A stretch of 64,000 nt of DNA from an uncultured Pseudomonadales bacterium (lineage in GTDB: Bacteria; Patescibacteriota; Microgenomatia; UBA1400; Chazhemtobacteraceae), in assembly GCA_964618725.1 (NCBI GenBank), contig CAZUBK010000004.1:79485-143484 (forward strand). Reading direction: 5' to 3'. Shown here one piece after another: positions 39,584 to 50,167 of this stretch (position 1 is the first letter of the stretch; each line of letters opens with the position of its first letter). The notes beneath the pieces were generated by a model. That model saw only the letters and a program-made list of their open reading frames with translations. It searched no databases and was not told the DNA's origin. The translations under genes were made by a program, and so were the position numbers.

Positions 39584-39727
39584 TTCTAGATGTTTACAAA
39601 CAAAAACATTACGCAGATTAAGAAAAGCCGGTTCCTGAGTCAAACGAAGGATTTTTCTAATCGAGTTAGAGGCTGGCCGAGTCGCTGGACGAAGAACATG
39701 CCGTTTTTTGTAGTAAATATTTAGAAC
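39584..39727 (+). repeat. ~145-bp dispersed repeat, copy 2
   Basis: Aligns base-for-base with 24354..24497, including the shared core GGCTGGCCGAGTCGCTGGACGA...CGTTTTTTGT. Confidence 0.6.
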
Positions 39728-39739
39728 ACTGAAAAAAAC

Positions 39740-40548
39740 TTAAGTCACGTAAAACTTTCCGTCTCTTTCTGTCACTTCCCCTCTTAGTTGCAACATCGAC
39801 AACTCCACGCTTACCTCTCCGACTGATTTCTTCAATTTCATCGCCATCTCATCCATAGTTAGTGCCTCAATAGACAGTAGCTTGTAGAGCGTAGAGCGTG
39901 ATCCACCGTTTTTTCTACCCTCTACCTTCAACCTTCTAAGTTCTAGTGCTTCTAAAATGTCATTCGCGCTTGTCAGCATCTGCGCCTGCCCTTCTTTGAT
40001 TAAATTGTTTGTCCCAACACAAACCTTGGAGGTAATTGGTCCCGGCACCGCAAACAACTTCTTGCCAAATTTGAGTGCCAAATCCGCCGTAATCAAACTT
40101 CCGGATTTCTCCGCCGCCTCAATCACAATTGTTACCTTGCTCATCCTCGCTACAATCCTATTTCGCTGCGGAAACATCCATACTTGGCAGCCCCTTCATA
40201 CTCACTTATAATCAAGCCCTTTTTCTGTATTTCTGAATACAATTTTTGATCTTCAAAAGGGACCTTCCAATCAATCCCCCAGCCCAAAACAGCCACCGTC
40301 TTCCCACCACAGGAAAGCGCTATCTTATGCGCCTCTTGATCCACCCCATACATAAACCCCGAAACAATCGTTATTCCGACGTCACAAAGAGACGGAATAA
40401 TTTTTTCCAAAACCGTCTTTCCATAACTAGTCATCTTTCTACTCCCCACTACTGCCACACAATTTTCTAAATCCGCTTCCTCCAAAACCCCCTTGCGGTA
40501 AAGCTTCTTGACCTCAGGCTTAATATCCTCGAATAACCCTCCATTCAT
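39740..40548 (-). pseudogene. dprA: DprA/Smf DNA-processing protein split into two ORFs by a frameshift near 40150-40180
   Basis: The upstream ORF 40150..40548 carries the DprA Rossmann N-part. The downstream ORF 39740..40177 begins MFPQRNRIVARMSKV, the conserved DprA FPxRNRIIAGLS motif. The two frames overlap by 28 nt. Confidence 0.6.
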
Positions 40549-40628
40549 AACATCATTTTACAAGGTCTCTCCTTGTTATTTACTTATAATTAACACTTGC
40601 AAACCCCAAATTTGTTACACTAATTTTA

Positions 40629-41618
40629 ATGCCCACCGATCAGGATACCAGTCCGACAACTCACATCACCGACCCTGTCATGCCCGAAGATTACTCCACC
40701 GTCAAAACGCCTACTTCACTTCCCCCTCTCCCTAATCTACCTTCTCTTGAGAGGCCTTCTTCTACACCTACATCCTCACCCCCACCTTCACCCATACCAA
40801 GCACCAGACCTTCTCTCGTCACTCCCCCTACCCCTCAACTCGTCCCGGCCTCTCTTCCCCAATCTAAATCAGCCTCTGGCATTGTCATCTTCATTCTGAG
40901 TCTTCTTGCCTTCACAGGCATTGCCGCCAGCACTTTTTTCTACACCCAAAATCGTAAACTAAATCAACAACTCTCCACTCTCGAGTCGATCGAAGCGCAA
41001 CGTACTGTCCCCGAAATCACTCCTACCCCAGAGATCACCCCCGTCTCTACCACCTCCGCCGCTCCCTCTGCCACTCCCTCTGCCTCAATGAGTGCCTTTA
41101 GCAATCTCTCCTCGATTCTTGACTTAGCCAAACAAGAAGCTGATACCGCCCAGCTCTTGATGGTTACCAGTGACAATCTTCTCGCCAGTAAACCCGTTTT
41201 TAAATACTGGTTCCGTCGTGCCCCCAGTCTCAAATCGTATTTCTTCATTCAATACGAAATGGGTTCACCCGCCCAACTCTTCTCTTCTGCTAATGTCACT
41301 CCCGACAACAACATCCCCGACCTAATTGAATATCACAATCAGAATACTCTCGGCCTGGATATCGAAGCCACTCACAAACTCGCTCTTGACCAAGTAGTTA
41401 CCGTTGCCAGCAGCGGCAAGAATCCTGTTTCCGTCAACGCCAAATATCTTCGTTCCTTCAGCAGCAATCCTTCCCTAAATACCCCGGTCAACCTCTGGCA
41501 ATTAAGCTACAAATTTGACGCCAATGCCGGAGTCCCTGACATAATCGTCCAAGTCAATGCTCAAACCTCTGAGATAGTCTTCACTAGTCTTCCCAAAGAG
41601 ATTCCTACTACTCAATGA
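40629..41618 (+). CDS. hypothetical membrane/secreted protein with Pro/Ser/Thr-rich N-terminal region
   Basis: Low-complexity P/S/T segment, then a TM helix, then a globular C-terminal domain. Confidence 0.5.
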   Translation: MPTDQDTSPTTHITDPVMPEDYSTVKTPTSLPPLPNLPSLERPSSTPTSSPPPSPIPSTRPSLVTPPTPQLVPASLPQSKSASGIVIFILSLLAFTGIAASTFFYTQNRKLNQQLSTLESIEAQRTVPEITPTPEITPVSTTSAAPSATPSASMSAFSNLSSILDLAKQEADTAQLLMVTSDNLLASKPVFKYWFRRAPSLKSYFFIQYEMGSPAQLFSSANVTPDNNIPDLIEYHNQNTLGLDIEATHKLALDQVVTVASSGKNPVSVNAKYLRSFSSNPSLNTPVNLWQLSYKFDANAGVPDIIVQVNAQTSEIVFTSLPKEIPTTQ

Positions 41619-41671
41619 CTTGACTTTTGTTCACTGTCATCTTATAGTAACCAAAATTCTGGAGGTGCACT

Positions 41672-42058
41672 TTGTTAAAGATAGCCTATCAACATAGTCT
41701 CGCCAAAATCTGTGAGATCAAGGCCAAAGACGTACCCCTACCTACCCAAGATCATTTAGAGTACTGGCTGGCGCATTGGTCCAACCTTGATTGGATCAAG
41801 AAAATCAAGTTTGTTCTGCTCGCCCTCATCTTCACCCCCCTTGTTCTTTTCACCCTCAACTATATCCAAAAACAGACGGAGCTTGAATCTGAGAGTGTTC
41901 TCCCTCCTTCACAGGAAGATTGGGACAACGACGACACACCGGTCGACCTCTCATCGACCTGGAAAGCCTTCATCAACACCCTTGATCTTCCCCAAAACGC
42001 CGAAGATCAGGACAAACCACCCGGTCGCTATTACAGCGACTATCCCTTCTTTTACTAG
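41672..42058 (+). CDS. hypothetical membrane protein (128 aa)
   Basis: One TM helix; nothing else recognisable. Confidence 0.45.
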   Translation: MLKIAYQHSLAKICEIKAKDVPLPTQDHLEYWLAHWSNLDWIKKIKFVLLALIFTPLVLFTLNYIQKQTELESESVLPPSQEDWDNDDTPVDLSSTWKAFINTLDLPQNAEDQDKPPGRYYSDYPFFY

Positions 42059-42089
42059 TCTCGTAAGCGGTGCCACCAGGCACCGCTTC

Positions 42090-42896
42090 TTACTTCATAC
42101 CTTCGACCCACCACTTCTTCCCATCACTGACTACCACCACCTCTCTATCAATATCAGTCCTCAACACTCTTATTCCCAGCACTCCAAGCCTGTCCAACAC
42201 CTCTCTCGTCGGATGTCCGTAACGGTTATCTTTCCCCACCTCAATTATCGCCAATTCCGGCCTTACCGATTTCAAAAACTCTTCACTACTCGAATACTTT
42301 GATCCATGATGCGCCACCTTTAGTACTTCAATGTCTTCCAGCTCTCCCAACATCTCTTCTTCTTGTTTCTCGCTAATATCCGCCATAAATAGAGCATTAA
42401 ACCGACCATAACTTAATTCCAGAACAATCCCTCGCTCGTTAGTTTCTCCTTCGTATCCCTCCCTGGGCCACAAAACTTTGAATTCCAACTCTCCCACTTT
42501 TATTCTCTCTCCTGTCTTTGGATGATACTCATCGTCAACTAGTCGCTTGAACCTTCTGTAATCATCTCCCAGACCTTCCATTCCGTTACTAAGTACCCTG
42601 CCTACTGTGTATCTTTCCAAAATATCTGGTAACCCCCCAATATGATCTTGATCTGGATGAGTACTGACCACCAACTCAATCTCTCTATCCCAAAAAGGCA
42701 TGTTTCTGCCCAAACACGAAAGCACCCCCTCCTCGGTTGGCCCGCCGTCGATCACTATCTGTACCTGTTTCCAGATCACCAACAAAGCATCCCCCTGCCC
42801 CACATCACAGAAAACCACCTTCAATCGCTCTGACGGCCACTGTTTCACCAACCAGAAAACACTCAACCCGAAAACAATCGCTATCCATTTCTTCAT
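42090..42896 (-). CDS. ComEC-type metallo-beta-lactamase domain protein, membrane-anchored
   Basis: N-terminal TM helix, ...VVFCDVGQGDALLV...IVIDGGP..., and HPDQDHIGG. Confidence 0.7.
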   Translation of the reverse strand: MKKWIAIVFGLSVFWLVKQWPSERLKVVFCDVGQGDALLVIWKQVQIVIDGGPTEEGVLSCLGRNMPFWDREIELVVSTHPDQDHIGGLPDILERYTVGRVLSNGMEGLGDDYRRFKRLVDDEYHPKTGERIKVGELEFKVLWPREGYEGETNERGIVLELSYGRFNALFMADISEKQEEEMLGELEDIEVLKVAHHGSKYSSSEEFLKSVRPELAIIEVGKDNRYGHPTREVLDRLGVLGIRVLRTDIDREVVVVSDGKKWWVEGMK

Positions 42897-43113
42897 ACAT
42901 CTAGTCTAACCCCTCTTCCCTCACTTGACTCAGAACCCATAACTATATATAATTCACTCAACGCACATTCTAAAAGATACCTGTTTCGCATATCAAGAAA
43001 AAACGAGACTGTAGCATTTACCGCGCACAGCGACCCCATGCTTGACAGGGGCACGTGAGCACGGATAAATGCGCAGTTAAGTAAAAATTCCAAACTGCGA
43101 AACTCGTAAAGGA

Positions 43114-43605
43114 GTGGATATGTACTACGAAGACTGGTTACAAAACGACACCGGCCTCACCCGCTTCATCGTCAGCGTCATCCCCAATCTGACTGAAAAC
43201 ATCTACCGGGCCAACTGCTTTGGTCAATACGTCACCCTCGACTTTGGCAATCGCCCGCAAATGCTCGCTCTCGCTATTCGGGATGGCGTCCTTCATTCCA
43301 AGCACCGCGACATCGACACCTTCCTCCACGGCCTTCGCACCTGGAAGCACATGCTCGACATCCGGCTTTTTCACCGCATTCTCGACCTTCTCATCGCCAA
43401 GGACGTTAAATCGACCGCGGCGATCCTCGTCAAACTCGGTTTGCACGAATGCCCATGCGGAGGCAGTAGCACTTGTGAGTTGTGTATCGCCCTTGATCAA
43501 ACCGTCCTCCGTAGTGACCTACGTCGTCGTCAGACAACCCATCCCCACTTTTGTCTCGATGAACTCGACGAAGACGTCTTTGAACTCCTCCAGTACACCA
43601 ACTAA
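43114..43605 (+). CDS. hypothetical Cys-containing protein inserted between the comEC halves
   Basis: AAAGGAG SD before the ATG at 43114. Local GC is higher than its surroundings. Contains HECPCGGSSTCELC. Confidence 0.5.
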   Translation: MDMYYEDWLQNDTGLTRFIVSVIPNLTENIYRANCFGQYVTLDFGNRPQMLALAIRDGVLHSKHRDIDTFLHGLRTWKHMLDIRLFHRILDLLIAKDVKSTAAILVKLGLHECPCGGSSTCELCIALDQTVLRSDLRRRQTTHPHFCLDELDEDVFELLQYTN

Positions 43606-43626
43606 ACTTAGGCCCCAATCCGGGGC

Positions 43627-44760
43627 CTACCCTTTTCCAAACCACCCAATCAAGACCACCATCAAATGAAGCAGGCTAAAGCTTATCGGTGCCACTAGAT
43701 TCCCAAGCGGCTCCCAAACTAAATTGAGCAATATCTGAAGCGTTCCTAATACCATCACTGGAGTAATTAACGGCAAAACAAACAGATTGCTGATGATCCC
43801 CATCAAGTTGATTCGTCCAAAATGCCAGGCAATTAGCGGCGCTGTCATCAATGTCGCCGACACCGTCGGTACCAACTCTGTTTGTAATACAAACGATACC
43901 AAACTGTTCTTGAATCTATCAAGCATCTTCTCTAGAAACGGGCTGACATAAATCATTCCCAGCGTTGCCGTTACTGACAACTGAAAACTTACTTCCTCAA
44001 GTAGAGATGGCCGTACCTGTAGCATTATCAAGCACGCCATCAAAAGCAACTCTCCTCCCTCTATTTGTCTTCCCTTTACCTTGGTGAGGAGCATCACACT
44101 CCCCATTATCGCCGCCCTCACAACCGGTGGCTCTCCTCCTGCTAACAATACATAGAATACTATCGCCAAGATCACCAAAACGGTTGCCTCTCTTCGTCTT
44201 AAGAAAAAGTTACTGAGATACAACACCGCCAATCCCACCACACTCACGTTGTATCCCGACGCCACCGCAACATGAATCGTTCCCGACTCAATTAACGCAT
44301 TGGTAAAACCCTTGCCCAAAGACCCCTTATATCCCAACAAGATCCCTGCTAATAGTCCATTTTCCGGCTCAGGTAGCTGTTTTGCTGTGGCTATTAACAG
44401 CTTTTCTCGAAAACTTTCTACCTGCCTGACTAGCCACGCCTTTTTCATCACTTCCATGGATCTTTCCTCTATCCTTGGCTCTATCAAGCTAATCTCACCC
44501 CGCAAGATTTCTATCACTCCCCTGCTACATTTGCCAACCAGGGAAACTTGCTCCCCCACCAAAATTCGCTCTTTCCCCTCCCAAACTACCCGAAAATTGC
44601 CGATCAGTAATATACTCTTTGTTTTATTGCGATATACTTTCTCAACTATTCCCGCAATCCTAACTAGATCATTTGGTTTACACCGCGAAACCAAACCAAA
44701 ATTGACCATTAACCGCAAAGCCAAAAGCAGTAATATCACTCCCACCCTCATATCTTTCAC
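43627..44760 (-). CDS. ComEC/Rec2 competence membrane-channel domain protein
   Basis: Polytopic. ...LLAGILLGYKGSLGKGFTNALIESGTIHVAVASGYNVSVVGLAVLY... matches the Competence domain. Confidence 0.75.
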   Translation of the reverse strand: MKDMRVGVILLLLALRLMVNFGLVSRCKPNDLVRIAGIVEKVYRNKTKSILLIGNFRVVWEGKERILVGEQVSLVGKCSRGVIEILRGEISLIEPRIEERSMEVMKKAWLVRQVESFREKLLIATAKQLPEPENGLLAGILLGYKGSLGKGFTNALIESGTIHVAVASGYNVSVVGLAVLYLSNFFLRRREATVLVILAIVFYVLLAGGEPPVVRAAIMGSVMLLTKVKGRQIEGGELLLMACLIMLQVRPSLLEEVSFQLSVTATLGMIYVSPFLEKMLDRFKNSLVSFVLQTELVPTVSATLMTAPLIAWHFGRINLMGIISNLFVLPLITPVMVLGTLQILLNLVWEPLGNLVAPISFSLLHLMVVLIGWFGKG

Positions 44761-45389
44761 CAGATCTCCTCCTTGATCTTCTCAAAGACTGCCTTGGTTA
44801 GTATCTTTTTGCTAAGCAATTCGTCAATACTCCCGTATGGCCTCCCTCCAATGATCGCTTTGGCTCGACTTTCGCCGATTCCCGTCAATCTCTCCAGTTG
44901 AGCCTGACTGGATGTATTGATGTTTACTCTACCTCCGATTACTTGACTACCAACACTTATGCTTGTTCCGGCTACCTGTCCTCCCCCTTCTCCCTCTTTG
45001 GGAATGTATATTTTCACTCCATCAGCGACTTTCTGAGCCAGGTTTACATATCTGGCAACGAAGCTTCTGTCTGCGCTACTACTTAAGCCCCCTGCTGCCA
45101 ACAAGGCATCTTTTACCCTAGCCTCACCTTCCAATTGATAAACTCCTGCCTTCTCAACTGCTCCCTGAACATCCACCCAGACTTGTCCTGAGCTGACCAA
45201 AGGATCTTTCCCATTTCTATCCTCTGAAATTATCTCCACTTTTACCGGCGTCCGATTCTCCCACCACCATAATCCTCCTCCAATCAACAAAATACTCCCC
45301 ATTACTCCAACAATCATCATCATCTTCTCTTTACCTACCACCGTTTTGATCTTTTCTATCATCTCTTCCATCCCCTCTATCTTTCCCAT
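44757..45389 (-). CDS. comEA: ComEA DNA-binding competence protein (SLBB + helix-hairpin-helix)
   Basis: N-terminal TM helix, and C-terminal INTSSQAQLERLTGIGESRAKAIIGGRPYGSIDELL. Confidence 0.8.
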   Translation of the reverse strand: MGKIEGMEEMIEKIKTVVGKEKMMMIVGVMGSILLIGGGLWWWENRTPVKVEIISEDRNGKDPLVSSGQVWVDVQGAVEKAGVYQLEGEARVKDALLAAGGLSSSADRSFVARYVNLAQKVADGVKIYIPKEGEGGGQVAGTSISVGSQVIGGRVNINTSSQAQLERLTGIGESRAKAIIGGRPYGSIDELLSKKILTKAVFEKIKEEIW

Positions 45390-45404
45390 CCCACCACCTT
45401 CCTG

Positions 45405-47999
45405 TCAACTAGGAATCTCTCTAGAAACAAAATTAACCAGCCTTCCCGGTACAAAAACCGTTTTCTCCCCACCCTTAAGCCATTTGTTGACTTTCTCATT
45501 CCCCCTCACCTTCTCTAAAACCTCTGTCTCTATCCTCGACCCATCTTTGTCCATTTCAAACACTTCTCGGGTTCGTCCATTTACTTGGACAACCATCTTC
45601 ACGGTCTCATCTTCAACTTCAACCGCCTCTGGCCAAGCACTAAAATGGATCGAGGTCTTCTCACCTAGATTGCTCCAGATCTCTTCGGTAATAAAGGGGG
45701 CAAAAGGGGCGAGAATCTTCAAAAACCGCTTCAAGTCATCCTGACTTAACTGTGATTTACTCCAGGCATTGGCAAATTCCATCATCCCAGCAATCGAGGT
45801 ATTAAATTTCTGCGTCGTTATATCCTCGCCTACTTTTTTAACCAGCTTGTTCAGGGCAGCCGCCAGTTTCAACTCACTTGTCCCCGTCACATTTTCAAAA
45901 GACAATTTGTAGATCTTTTCCATGAATCGATAGCACCCCACCAACGATCGGGTATCCCAAGCTATCGCCTGCCCCCAGGGACCCATAAACATTTCGTAAA
46001 CTCGCAAGGCATCAGCTCCAAAACGCGCTACCATATCATCAGGATTGACCACGTTTCCCCACGACTTACTCATCTTCCGTCCGTCATCGGCCAAAATTGT
46101 TCCTCTATCTCTAAGTCTAAGGAATGGCTCCTCAAAAGTAATTAATTCCAAATCATAAAAAGCCTTGGTCCAAAACCTAGCGTACAAAAGATGTAACACT
46201 GCATGTTCCGCCCCCCCCAAGTACCAGTTAACCGGCAACCAATTCTCTAATTTGGGGCGAAAGATCTCTTCCCATTGTTTCTTCAGATCTCCACTTTTTT
46301 CTCCCGCTGTTCTCATTTCCGCTCCATTTAAGGCAAAATATAGAAAGTACCAACACGATCCTGCCCAGTTAGGCATTGTGTCTGTTTCCCGCCTGGCTTT
46401 TTCACCACACTTGGGACAATTTACCTCTACCCATTCGCTAGCCGCTACCAAAGGCGATTCTCCCGTCCCTGAAGGCTCGTATTGCTCCAGGTAAGGCAGT
46501 GTCACTGGCAATTGGTCTTCTGGTACCAGCACCACTCCATTCTCATCACCACACTTACTACAGTAGATCAATGGAAACGGCTCTCCCCAGTAACGCTGAC
46601 GAGAAAAGATCCAATCTCGAAGATGATAGTTGGTCTTTTCTGTGGCCCACTTCTGACCAACCAGCCATTCTGCTATTTTCTTTTTACCTTCCCCCCAAGC
46701 CGGTAGGCCGTCAAACTCTCCTGAATTAATCAGGATTCCATCTTCTTCATGACTCCTGGTCCCCCTAGACACTGCCTCATTTATCTCCCGATCTTCATAT
46801 TTGACTACCTGCTTCATCTTCAAACTGTATTTCTTGGCAAAATCAAAGTCTCGTTCATCGTGAGACGGCACTCCCATCACCGCTCCACTCCCGACGTTAG
46901 CCAAGACATAATCCGCCACCCAAACCGGCACATCTTCTCCAGTGGTTGGATTCTTAACCGTCAATCCAGTATCAACACCAGTCTTGTCTTTAGCTCCTTC
47001 AAGACGGCCCTGTGTAGTTCTGCTCAAAGAAGCAGTCACGTAATCCATCACTTCACCAGACAGTTCTAGCCCCGATTCCGTCCACTCCTTGACTAATTCT
47101 GGTGCCACCACTAAGAAAGTGGCTCCGAAAATGGTCTCGTAGAACTTCGTCCAAACTGGTAACCTCTGACCATTGCTCAACTCAAAAAATATCTCAAGTC
47201 CCCTATCCTTCCCGATCCAGTTCTTTTGCATCTCCAAAATTCCTTTCGGCCAATCCAATCCCTTTCGCTCGTTTCCATCTTCGTCTACCCATTCATAGTA
47301 CATCAAATCATTCAAAAGTCGATCAGCATAATCAGTAATCCGCATCATCCACTGCGGCATCAGTTTCTGCTCGACTTTAGCTCCACACCGTTCGTGGGTT
47401 CCATCAGAAAGGACTTCCTCATTAGCCAAACCAGTCTTACAAAAGGGGCACCAGTTAATTGGAGTTTCTTTTCTATATATCAATCTCTCTCCTTTATCGT
47501 TCTTTAGTGAATACAGCTGTAAGAACAGCCACTGCGTCCACTTGTAATATTTGGGATCAGTCGTACTAAAGCATCTGTCCCAATCGTAAGACACTCCCAC
47601 CAATTCAAACTGGCGTTTGAAATTGGCTTCATTCTTGGGGACCATATCCATTGGATTCGTCTTTCTCTTTATCGCCGCATTCTCTGCTGGCAACCCAAAC
47701 GAGTCCCACCCCATTGGCATCAGTACTTTTTTCCCCCTCATTCTCAGATAACGCGACATAACATCTACAGCCGCAAAGACTCTCAAATGCCCTACATGGA
47801 GCCCTTCTCCCGATGGGTATGGAAACATACCAAGTACATAGGTAGAAGGCCTCTCTTGCCCATCTGACGTCTTGTAAAGACTAAGCTCCTCCCATAGTTT
47901 TCTCCATTTTGACTCGATCGCCTTCGGATCGTATATCTTCCTTTTCAACATAAACTTGATTTTACCACTTCTTTTCTCACTTCCTCCATGCCCAAACAA
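45405..47999 (-). CDS. leuS: leucyl-tRNA synthetase
   Basis: HVGHLRVF (HIGH motif), RKMSKSWGNV (KMSKS motif), and the CP1 editing and anticodon-binding regions. Confidence 0.95.
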   Translation of the reverse strand: MFGHGGSEKRSGKIKFMLKRKIYDPKAIESKWRKLWEELSLYKTSDGQERPSTYVLGMFPYPSGEGLHVGHLRVFAAVDVMSRYLRMRGKKVLMPMGWDSFGLPAENAAIKRKTNPMDMVPKNEANFKRQFELVGVSYDWDRCFSTTDPKYYKWTQWLFLQLYSLKNDKGERLIYRKETPINWCPFCKTGLANEEVLSDGTHERCGAKVEQKLMPQWMMRITDYADRLLNDLMYYEWVDEDGNERKGLDWPKGILEMQKNWIGKDRGLEIFFELSNGQRLPVWTKFYETIFGATFLVVAPELVKEWTESGLELSGEVMDYVTASLSRTTQGRLEGAKDKTGVDTGLTVKNPTTGEDVPVWVADYVLANVGSGAVMGVPSHDERDFDFAKKYSLKMKQVVKYEDREINEAVSRGTRSHEEDGILINSGEFDGLPAWGEGKKKIAEWLVGQKWATEKTNYHLRDWIFSRQRYWGEPFPLIYCSKCGDENGVVLVPEDQLPVTLPYLEQYEPSGTGESPLVAASEWVEVNCPKCGEKARRETDTMPNWAGSCWYFLYFALNGAEMRTAGEKSGDLKKQWEEIFRPKLENWLPVNWYLGGAEHAVLHLLYARFWTKAFYDLELITFEEPFLRLRDRGTILADDGRKMSKSWGNVVNPDDMVARFGADALRVYEMFMGPWGQAIAWDTRSLVGCYRFMEKIYKLSFENVTGTSELKLAAALNKLVKKVGEDITTQKFNTSIAGMMEFANAWSKSQLSQDDLKRFLKILAPFAPFITEEIWSNLGEKTSIHFSAWPEAVEVEDETVKMVVQVNGRTREVFEMDKDGSRIETEVLEKVRGNEKVNKWLKGGEKTVFVPGRLVNFVSREIPS

Positions 48000-49152
48000 T
48001 CAGCAATATTCGTCTGTATCTGACAATTCGAAGATTATATAAAACAATAAGCAGTCGATACTCAGTCATGACAACTTACGAACAAAATATATCAGTCAAT
48101 TGACGTATCGGATTACACCTCCCAAGACAGCCCTCTTTCTCTAAGTTACCTTCCCTTACTTCTCCTCCTTCCTATACTCAAATTACTTGGGTATATCTCC
48201 TCGCTCTGACTCCTCGACATTGTAGTCCCTTTCTACACCCCTCTATCCTGACACGCAGCAACTTAAGGGTATATCCTAGATCCCAAATATCTATCGAAAA
48301 CAACTTAACAACAAACCATATCAGGCAACCTTGAAGACAGGCCCACATCCCTGAACCCTCTCTAATATCCCCTTCATCATCCAAACTTGATAGTCATTAC
48401 CCTCGCTCTACGTATTTAGCGCTCTCATCGATTATTTTGCCCAGCTCTTTTTCCTATCAAAACAATCACCCGAGTGCTAAATGGTCCATTACAGTCAAAA
48501 ATTGTCTAGATTTCCGAGTAAAGAAAAAACCAGACTCCTTACGCGCAAACCTTATCCCGCTCATCTGCTGCTAAATCCAATAACCGACCCACATCAACAC
48601 TATGACGTCCACACTTCACCGTCCTAGGCACAGATATATCACTTCCCGGGTTCAGCAAATCAATCTAGATCAGAATATCTCAAAATTCTTTTCACTCCAG
48701 ACAGGTCTACAGTACAACACCTTCGGAAATAATCAACAAATATATAACAAACACCTCCTCCGTAGGCTCGGTCCATCACAAATTAGTTTTCCGCATAGAT
48801 TCCCACAAAGCTAGATCTCCACAAAGTCTATCCTAACCGTTTTCATCCTCCTGATGTATCTTCTTTTTCATAAATGGCCCTTTTTTGACATGCAACTCAT
48901 CTCAAACCCGTAGTGAGCCAAGTAATGACCCTAGACTGTTCACGTCCTTTTGTTCCACACAAATCAAGGGCCTCACCACTCCCCTTTCATTTGTCGTCTT
49001 CATTTAGACTATTTCGCAAAAAAATTAGTAATGTCCTATCAACTTTCTCTTCCAGACCAATCAGTACAAACCACCTGAAGATAGATTTTCTATCGAAAAA
49101 TTATTAACGGTTAGCGTTTTAGCAACACGATCTTCAGTCTGGAATAGCAAAA

Positions 49153-49176
49153 TGGGGGCATTGCTGCCCCCATTAT
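49153..49176 (-). terminator. intrinsic terminator for the 49176..50084 gene (TGGGGGCA-TTGC-TGCCCCCA)
   Basis: 8-bp GC hairpin followed on the minus strand by TTTTGCTATT. Confidence 0.65.
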
Positions 49177-50084
49177 TAGTTCCCTTCTTCTAACCATTTG
49201 TTGTACTGAACAAACGCTTCCGCCTCAGTCCAGCCAAAGGCTTTTTCAAAGGCCACCGGTGATGCCTCCCCTGCACAGAGACTTCGCCAATAGAGATGGA
49301 AAACTTCCAGACTACTAGCCTCTACACTCGGCGCTTCAAGTAGCAAAAAGACTGCAAAAGCCTCCGCTGTAGGGACTCCGTCACCAGACACTCTACCTGT
49401 AGACATTTCCTCAATTAACGGCTTTTCCCAAGTCTTTAGATTGAGAATCCAATCCTGATACTGAGAGGTCTCTAACAATTCCCTCCAGGTCGTCTGTTTT
49501 TTGGGGAAAGACCCCTCCAACTGACTATTCACCAAATCCTGAAGTAGATATGCTTCGCCTTCAATCATGTAGCCAGGCGCCGCCATATTGCCGCAACTTA
49601 GATGTCGTTGTGACGCATGAATCAGTTCATGGGTGAGTATTTTTGTCCGCCAAGCAGCATCCAGTTGATACCAACCTTCTGTCCCGTCAATAATAATCAC
49701 TACCTGACCGGGCTCCTGTCCTGAAAGAGTTAGACCGCGAATCTCCTCATTACTCCAAGCGTTTTCAGAACGTCCTGAAGTTGACAATCTCTCTGTCGCC
49801 CGCATGATTAGTTCACGATCAAACCCAACCACAATCCGCGTTCCCTCAGGTAAAACGTAACCCTCTAAGGAAAGATAATCAACCACCGACAGCAACTGCG
49901 CTGCAGCGTTTACTTCAATAGCAGGGTCAACCGGTTCCAGATATTCTAACTCCGGCAACCCAACCAGCGTCGCTGTTTGGTACTTCTCGATTTTGTTTGT
50001 CTCCTGAATTAACCAGAACAACTCAACTGCCACAATCGTCCAGACAAAAATAGCTACGAAAGTCCAGGATCGCCTTTTCATCAA
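49176..50084 (-). CDS. putative HExxH zinc metallopeptidase, membrane-anchored
   Basis: N-terminal TM helix, and THELIHASQRH followed by ...MIEGEAY, possibly a gluzincin third ligand. Confidence 0.5.
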   Translation of the reverse strand: MMKRRSWTFVAIFVWTIVAVELFWLIQETNKIEKYQTATLVGLPELEYLEPVDPAIEVNAAAQLLSVVDYLSLEGYVLPEGTRIVVGFDRELIMRATERLSTSGRSENAWSNEEIRGLTLSGQEPGQVVIIIDGTEGWYQLDAAWRTKILTHELIHASQRHLSCGNMAAPGYMIEGEAYLLQDLVNSQLEGSFPKKQTTWRELLETSQYQDWILNLKTWEKPLIEEMSTGRVSGDGVPTAEAFAVFLLLEAPSVEASSLEVFHLYWRSLCAGEASPVAFEKAFGWTEAEAFVQYNKWLEEGN

Positions 50085-50167
50085 TACCTCCGCAAAAAGT
50101 GAATGTACTACCCCATACTATATCATATAGATACAAATTGGGGTGGCTTAAGCCACCCCAATAGAAA

